DNA of 64,000 nt, taken from positions 1 through 64,000 of IMG/VR virus record IMGVR_UViG_3300036760_000069; one strand, written 5' to 3'. Every line of letters begins with the position of its first letter. Position 1 is the stretch's first letter. Positions 38,501-47,500 of the stretch are shown piece by piece. Source of the DNA: a virus. Below the pieces are notes generated by a model that was not told the DNA's origin, ran no database searches, and was given only the letters and a program-made list of their open reading frames with translations. Made by a program: the position numbers and the translations under genes.

Positions 38501-41500
38501 TGGCCCACTCCTTCCAAGAGATCGGTTGCAGACCCTTCTTGGCCTTGCGAACGCGAGCATCAATAGTCGGATTGGCCGATCTGAACCAGCCAGGCTTTGG
38601 CCCCTCGTTCACCTCCTTCCCGAGCGGCACGCCGCCACGCTCATTGAAGCGGCGCATCTTGGAGATACCCTCGTTCGGCACCCAGGCGAGGATGGCCTTG
38701 ACGCCCTTGTTGATCGCAGCGTACTGCCGGCGGCGGCCGTCGAGAGCTTCGCCGCCTTCGCCGTCAATGATGATCGGGTACTTCCCGGTCGGCGTCTCGG
38801 TGGTCAGCTCGAGTGTCTTAGGGTTGACCGCCTTCAGCGTCCACTTGTCGCCGTACCCGCTGATGCCGTGGAGGTCGTTATAGTCGAGCTTGCCGAAGGA
38901 GTCCTTCAGGGGGAGGGTGTCGAGGTAGTCCTCGAACTCGGCGCGGGTGAGCGTGTCGCCTTGGACAGGCTGGCCTCTCTTGGCGCGACGATCAGGTAGT
39001 GCGGCGCGGGATGATACCGCTTGGGCCGGACGCTGACGGCGGCCTGGTAGAGGGATTTGGGATTGTGCCCCGCCGCCTTCGCCTCCTTCAGGATGTGCCG
39101 CACCGAGTCCGCGTCCACGAAATCGTTCATGGCCGGTGCTAATCTTCTCAAAAACGTCATGTGATTCTTCACCCTGAAAGGGTTTGAGTGTGTCGACGTC
39201 AGCGGCAATTTGTGCAAGGAGAGTTTTGGCACCATTGGGGCCTCCCATGTCGCCCAGCATCACCTCAAGGGCGGCGGCGCTTTCCTTGATCGTGCGGGCT
39301 TGATTGTAACTGTTGATGGCGGCGAACGCTTCATTGTGCGGGCGCACGGACTGATGACTGATTTCATGCACCGCCGTCGAGATCACCATGGCGGCAAACT
39401 CTTTCGCCAGATTCTCCGGCGGAATCCGTCCGTTCAGCACATGCCCATTGACATCCTGGTAGATGTCGTAGGGGTTGATGAGAATGTAGTTGCTCTGGTC
39501 GCCCTTGAAGATCGAACTCCCGCCGATGTTCACGCCGAGGTACTTGCCGATTCCGATCCCCTGGAAGACGACCGATCCGTACTGATCTCCGTAGGGGATC
39601 AGCGCCTTCTGGAGTGGCGCAAAGGCGCGGGCCATCATCAGCGCGAGTTGCTTGACATGCGGTTGGTCCGCCATCTCCTTCAGGATCTCCGGCGGCACGG
39701 TCTGCTCGGTGTCCATGAACTGGAAGTCCGTGCCGGGGACATCCGGGGCCTCCTCGAACGCCTTGCGGAACGTCTCCCGCTCCACATCCAGCGCGTCGGT
39801 GACGAGGTCTTGGATCAGGTACTTGCGGATGACGTCCTTTACATCGCCGCGCAACTTCTCCCGGTTCGTCGTGAAGGGGTAGCCCGTCTGCCCCGGCGTG
39901 CGGCGCGACCGGATGTTGGCGAGGATGGTATGCGGGAGCTTGAGCTTGTGCCCTTTGCCGAAGCTGACGTTGATCGTGAACTGGTAGAGGCCGTTGTTCA
40001 GGATCTGCACCTTGCCTGTCTCCATCTCGGCGGTGCCTTCCGCTGCGGAGAAGTCCACCTCGCCGCCCTGGAACTCCAGCGTGCGTGTCCGGGCCACGCC
40101 CATCGCCTTCCAGTTCTTCTCGGGGTTGATCTCCAAGCCCCCGATCGAGGCCGAGAGCTTGAGCGGCATCTGGTGAAAGGCCGTGACGTTCTCCAGCCAC
40201 TTGCGAATCGCCGGCGTATCGAACTCCATCTTGTCCGGGTACTTGAGCCGGACACGGGTGCCTGGGGTCGCGTCGGGATCGGCCGCCTTGATCGTGGCGG
40301 TCAGGCCCTTCTCCTGGTTCAGCCAGTCGGCCCCGGACCCGCTTAGATGCGTCTCAACCATGCCACGGGCCGGATCGTAGGCGACCGTCTTGATGTCGAT
40401 GTTGTCGGCCCCGGCGAAGATGACCACCTTGGCGACCCCGAACATGCCGGCGGCGTCTTCAGTCTTCTTGCTCCCGCCAAAGTCCACCAGCTCCTTGAAC
40501 GCCACATCAGGGAGCATCCCGGTTCCCGTGTCGTCAATCGTGATCTTGTGATCGTCCGGGAAGACCTCGATCCGCACCATGGCCCCCGCTTTGTCGGTCA
40601 GCCCGCGGGTGCCGTCCGTGGCGTTCTGCACCAGCTCCTTGACGATGACCTTGGAGGGATGCTCGGAGTACAGGCCCTCGCCCATGGCCTTGATGCGGTT
40701 CGGGTCGATGCCGGCGGCGGCCCCGTGCCCACCCTCCTCTTTGACGACCTTGATATAGGAAACATCAGCACGCCCATATTGTGTATCTAACACGACCATC
40801 GCTGGGAACGACTTCGCCCCCAGTAACTTCAGCGCGTCGAAGCGGTGGCCGCCTTCCAACACATACGGGCCTGCCTTACTCCCATCCTCGACGACGATCA
40901 GCGGTTCGATTTCACCAGACTCCTTGATCGTGTTCGCAAGAGCTTCGACCTTGTGCTTCTCTGTCCGGGAATAGAATGAAGGCTTTCCATCGTCTTGAAA
41001 TGCGGAGATCGGCACCTCGCGTACACCGTCAAGTATTTCGTACTTCGTCAGGCTGGCCTTAATGGAGGACTGGTTGGACGCCTCGCCCACCACCCGGCGC
41101 CCATCAACCACATTACCGGCCCGCTTGAACTTTGTCTTGAACGCCTTCATGTGGCTGGTGATCTCGCCCTGCCCCATCTCGGAATCCACGATCTCGGCGA
41201 CGGGGTGGTTCGCCACGATCTTTTCAAAGGCCGAGGCCCCCTTCTCGCCCGTCGGGATGAAGATGCGCGTCTTGAACTGGATGATCTCGCGGAACGCCCC
41301 GGCGGCCTCCAGCTCCTTCCACGCCCGCTCGACCCCGTTGCCCACGATCTCGATGCGCGTCTCGCCGGCGACGGTCTTGCGCTCGAACCGCCACCCGTTG
41401 ACCAGCGCGATCTTGCTCCGCTTCTTGAGGATGGTGTCCATGGCCTGCGCGGGCGTCAGCGTCGGCAAGTCCACCGAGGCCCCCAGCCGGCGGAGAACAG

Positions 41501-44500
41501 CCGACACATCGCCCTCCCGGACCACCCGCCCCAGATACCGCTTGCCGGTGTCGTCCTGGACGCGCATGACTCGGACATGGTCCTGCGGGAGCCTGTCCCA
41601 TATCGGGAGCAAGGTGCCGGAAATCAGATGCAGGGGTTCCTCGCGGTAGGGTGGATGCGTGTCAATCGTCTTCTTCCAGAGGGCTTTGCCGGCGTCTGGA
41701 TTGATCGCCGCGTAGTGCTTGCTCAGGCCGTCCTCGTCCACATAGTAGTACGTCTCGGCGACGGGGCTGATGAGGCGGAAGTGTTTGTTGACGCCTCCCG
41801 TTTTCGGGTCCGTGCGCGTTCCGGTATAGACCGAGGCGAAGACCTTCTCGGTCTTGTTGCTCTGGACGTACCCCTGAAAGCCCTCCTTCTTCTCGACCTC
41901 CTTGGTCTGGACGAAGTTCACATCATGCTTGGTGTCCATCGAGACCATCGACGTTGTGGCGCCGCTGATCGGATCGCGGTAGACCTGTTGTTCCTTGATC
42001 GTCTTCACGCTGCGAGCCTTGTACGTTTCGAGACCCACATCGAGTTGTCCGAGCGAGGCCGCGTGGTCGATCGCCTGCTCCATGCGCTCGCTGAAAGCAT
42101 CGAACACGGCGTTTTGATCGTGGATCTCCAAGGCCAGAATCCGATTAAGAAACTGCGGGACTTTCGGGATCTTGTCCTCGTTGATGGACCCATCATCGGC
42201 GACAAGGCCCGTCAGCCCCATCTTGCCCTCGATCATCTCCTTGAAGTCCACGGTCGGGACTTCCCCGCGATGGGCGTCCAACACCAGTGCCCGCACCGCG
42301 CCTTGCGCGTATTTGTTTTCAAGGTTGTCTTTGGCGTTGATGAGGCCTGAGCTGCCCGTCTTGCGCTCGCCCTTGGTCATGGCCCCAAGCTGATCCAACC
42401 GGCGGCCGATGGTCGAGATAAACCGCTTGTGCCCTTTCAGGTTCGTCATCACCAGCACATAATGCGGGGCATTGGCCTCGTTCGTGCGGTGTGAACGGCC
42501 CAGCCCTTGAATGAACTTTTCCGCCCGCCAGCCAGGTTGCACGCCATAGTGCCAGCGTTGCCGCTGGTTCTTGATACGCCGATCCGAATGGAAGCTGCGC
42601 CCAGTGCCGCCGGCGTCTGAAAAGACAAGGATCGACTTCTTATCAGCAAGGTATTCGTCTACCTCATGGGCGGCGAGCGAGGGTGAACGAGACTGGATCA
42701 CCGTCTTCTCGCGCCCCAGATTGTCTTTGAGGCGCACCACGCGGCGGCTCCGACCCGTGACTTCCGCCACGGCGTCCGGCCCAAAAGTGTTGATGATGAA
42801 CTCCAGCGGGCCTTCGGGTACCTTCAGCGACCCGACCGAGAGAAGCATGTCCTGCTTGAGCTGGATGGCGTCCTGGTTCTGCACGGGGTTGCCATCATGG
42901 TCCAGCACGGGGCGAGACCGGATGTTCCCTTGCTCGTCCTGGTACTGCTCGTACTGTTGCGTCGGAAAGGACTTCTCCAGAAACTGCATCAGGGCATCGC
43001 GTGGCGTGAGATCGAGATTTTCCAGATCGCCGTCTTCTTGCTCGGCGTTTTGGATCTGCCGCTCCATGCCCGCCTCGTTGGTGTTGACGAGTTGAGCGAT
43101 AATGGCCTTGCCATCCTTGATCTTCGCTTCCATATCGGCGATGACGGTGGGCATCTGCATGGCCGTCAGCACCTGATTGAAGAACCGGAGTTCCGTGCCC
43201 CAGAAATTGGAGAGCAAGGTGGACTTGGCGCCCGCGTTCTTGGCCTTCCCGCCCTCGGTGACGCCCGTGAGTTCGAGGGCCTGATTGATGTTTGCCAATA
43301 CCACCTGCCATGCCCGCGCCAGTCCGTTGTAGATGTCTTCTTGTTCTGGCGTCAACACATGCTCAAGAGTGCTATATGTGACCTCTGAGAAGTCGAGCGA
43401 GCGAGCGATATAGACGCCCATGGCCTTCATGTCACGGGCGACCACTTCCATCGCACCCAAACCGCCTTCCGTGATCTTCGCCGAGAAATCATTCTGGTCA
43501 GGGAAGGCCGTACCGGGCCCCCACAGACCGAGCCGTTCAGCATACCCCAGCGTGTCTACCGAGTTCGCGCCGGTCGCCGAGGCATACACAATGCGAGCCT
43601 TCGGCACCTGCTTGCGGAGGTCAAGGGCCGCAAGAGCCTGGATGGAGGCTTGCTGGTGGATGCCACGCGCCCCCATCGACTGCGTGGTCTTTTGCATGTT
43701 ATGGGCTTCGTCGAACACGATCACGCCATCGAAGTCTTTGCCGAGCCACGCTAGGATCTGATTGACCCGCGATTGTTTGGGCTGGTTCGTTTTCTTGTCT
43801 GTAATGGGAATGACCTTGCCGGTCTTATCCGTCATTAAGTTGGAGCGGATCGTGGCATAGGTGGTGAACATAATGCCCTTGGGTTGGTCGATCGGTTCGC
43901 CGAGTTTGGTCTTGCCGAGTTCAAAAACTTGGCCCTTGTCGCCGCCAATATCCACCCAGTCGCGCTTGGCGTCGGCTATGAGCCTAGAAGACTCCGAGAC
44001 CCAGATGGCTTTCTCGCGCCCGTTGCGGAAGTTATCCAGAATGACGGCGGAGATCTGCCGGCCCTTCCCGACCCCCGTGCCATCGCCCAAGAAGAAGCCC
44101 TTGCGCGTCCCGTCTGACAGAAATAACTCATGGGCCTGTCCTGCGTACACGGGCGTCTCGAGCTGGGCCAGCGAGAGGGCGCCGGAATCAATCAGATCCT
44201 GCGGCAGGTTGGGCGTGTAGGTCGGATCGGGCGGGAGCGTGTCCGCCATGGCCGCCGACTCTACCAGTTTGCCAGGGTGCGGTTTGGCACCAGGAATCCG
44301 CACCTTGGGTGGTTGGTACTCGTCGTAGACGGCGTCGGTGAGTTCTTTGGTCGTGCTGGGGAACTTGGATTCAGGTTCGCTGGAAGCGACGACCGTTATC
44401 CCGGACTGAACGGGTATATGGGCGGGTACGTTCCCTTCATCCGCGGGTCGTCCCGCAGGCGCAGGTCGAGGGCCTCCAGTACCTTCACCGCCGCCCGCCT

Positions 44501-47500
44501 TGGGCTCATGGCCTTGGATAGGTCGCTCTCCTCCAGCAACGGGGAGTCCGGGCTCTCTGGGCTGTTGAGGAACCACTCCAGCGCCCTCTTTCCGTCCGGG
44601 TACGCGAGGAGGCCGTCCAGTTTCTGTCGCAGGATGTCGCTGTCCCCCCCCGGCGGTGTGGTCAACCGGCCGTGGTCGAGTCCCCACATCGCCAGTTGGA
44701 ACAGGTACGGCAGATCCGGGTCCGGTTTGGCCCCCGCCACCTTCAGCCACCGCTTGGCCTCCACGTTGAGCGGGTGGTCGTTGTTCGTCTGGTCGGGTCG
44801 CTTGTCCTTCAACGCTGGGGCGGTCATCGCGCACCTCCTTGAGGAGATTGAGGGCTTCATAGGGGTTCTCGGCCTTCCCTGTTACCACCTCTACTGAAGG
44901 AGAGGGGGCCACTTTATCGAAAATCAAGATGCGGTTGTCAAAATCAGTGCCGTATTTCTTGTACCCCTTGCCGGACATGACCACGCTGGCACGAAGCTGG
45001 TACTTCTTGGCGAGGGCGTCGATGGCGCGGGAGACCCCCTCGGACTGCCCCATGAACCCCTCGCCGATCAGGGCGACGAGTCGCCCATTCGGGGCCAGGA
45101 GCTTCAGGGCCTGGTCGATGTGTTTGCTGATGGCGTTGGTACTCTTGCGCTCGCCCGTGATCCGGCCGGCCGTCGAGGAAAACGGCGGGTTCATCACGAT
45201 CACCGTGGGCGTGACTTTGAGGATGTTGGCAATCTGTTCGGCGTTCTCCGTCGTCACCTTGTTGAAGACGATGGTATTGAGGAGTCCGGCCCGCCGCGGC
45301 GAAAGTTCGTTGACATCCACATCGGCCCCGAAGTTCTTGGCGAAGATCGCCAGCCCACCCAAGCCGGCACTTGGCTCCAGCATGACATCCTTGGGGGTGA
45401 TGTGCGCCGCCCAGTTCATCACGAACGCCAGATCCGGGGGGGTCGAGAACTGTTGGAACTCGACCATCTCCGGCGTGCGTCTCGTCCCCTGCGACGGGAT
45501 CTTGTCCATGATCTGCTCACGCAGGTAGTTGAGCATCTCCCGCGCTTTTATGAGGCTATAGGTGGTGGGTCTGTAGACGCCATCAGGGCCCAGCATCTCG
45601 CCGATGAAGCGGTTGATCCCCAGCTCGAGGGCATCATTCAGATCCTTGACGGTGTAGGTGCCGTCCGCCTGTGTGCCCCCAAAGTCCTCATTGGCTCGCG
45701 TGACCAGTTGATCCATGCTGAACGACAGTACACCAGGCGCCGTGTCCTCTTTCAGGCGTTCCTCGACAAAGTAGGCGATGTTCATACTCGCGCCGACGAT
45801 CTTCTGCTCCGTGGTCGCTGGAGCTTCAACCGCCGGGATCGTGGGCTCGTCGGGTAAGACCGCGCCGCGCCCGCCCTTGGTGAGCAGGTCCGCCTTCTCC
45901 TGATCGGTCATGGCGGGCTTCGGAGCGGGCAGGCTGGGGGTCGTCGGGCTGGGCGTCTTCGGTTCGCTGGCCTTGACCTGTGAATCGTAGAAGGCATCCA
46001 ACGCAGACTTCTCGCTCCCGATCGGACGATCAGGCGTCCCCGGCATGAAGCCCCATTTTGAGCCATCTGGGCGGTAGATGTTCCATTCCTTGCCGGTGCG
46101 CCGTGCAGTCCACCCTGCGGCGAGAAATTCATCCTTGGTCATGTCGGCAGGGTTGGCCGTTGGGACGGTCTTTGTCTCTGGCACCAGCCCAGGCGTCTGA
46201 GCTTCGGCCTTCTGCGGATACTCGTCAGGGTGGTGCGCGAGCTTGTACTTCGCGTCCTCGATCGCCCGCTCCCATCGTGCCCAGTCGTCCGGGTAGCCGT
46301 GCGTTTCAAAGTCGTCGAGGCCGGCTTGCGCGACTTCGATGATTCGGTATGGATCGCCAGCATTCTCGGCCTTTGTCAGGGCGCGCTTGTGCTTGCGGTA
46401 GAGATCCTGCCGGAAGTCGCCCGTGGGGGCCTTGTCCTCGTCCTTCCAGCCGCCGGGAGGGGGCTTGTCGGCGACGGTCGGACGCTCAGGAGAAGGCAGG
46501 CCAGGAGCGGCATGGTGTTCGGCCTTGGGTGCTTCCGGTTTTGGCTCCTCTGGTGTTTTCTTGGCGACAGGTCGATAGACTTGGATCCCCTCATCCCCTC
46601 GTTGAATAGCTTCGTAGAGACGGTTATTGCCATCAATCACCTCGCCCGCATGATCCAGCACAATCGGGCCATTCGTCATTGACCCTCGCGGAACAAACTC
46701 GGCGCCATCCCAGAGCATCTCGTTACCTTTACGAAGTGATTCGATCGGCACTCTTGCCTGTTCCCACTGTGAATCGGTGAGATGGGCGTCCTCGTTCTTG
46801 TTTGTTTTACGTCCCAGCTCCGTGTACCCGATAGCGTTCTGAGCGGACTCTGGGAGTTCCTTAAAAGCCAGCGTCTTTATCGATTTGATTTCCTGTTTGG
46901 GGATTGGGAATCCTGGTGCGGCAGGGCGTTCGGCTTTGACTTCTGGTTTTGGCTCCTCTTTTGAGGGCGCAGAACCGGAACCTGCCGGCATCGTCAGCGC
47001 ATCCTGCACCTGCTTCTTCTGCTCATCGCTCAGGCCGTTGTACGGGCGCCCGAACAAACCACGTGCTGCCTCGTTCGGCGTGGCATACTTCTTGGGCGAG
47101 AGGGCCTCATTCGCCGTCTGCCCCTTCCCGACCGTGAAGTTCGCCTCGGCGGCGGCGGCGGCCTCCTCCATCGACGGGTAGGTGCCAAGCGTGTCCTTAC
47201 CGCGAATGTCCCACGCCTCAAACTGCCCGTCGTCGCGCTCAATGACCATGGCCTTCGGCTTCTCAGGATTGCCGCCGGCCCAGATGTAGGTCGATTCGCC
47301 AGGTACGGCCCCATGTTCCCACCCCGCCGGCAAGCCTGTCGTTGGTTCATTCGCCGGAGCCACACCTTGCTCAGTTTGGGGGGCTGGCAGGCCAGGAACA
47401 GGGGTAGGTTGAATGTCGGAGACCCTATCCGCACGCTTCTTCAGGAACGGTTCGCGTTGAACTGGAGCCAATTCTGGCGGAATGGCGGCTACTTCGGCCT

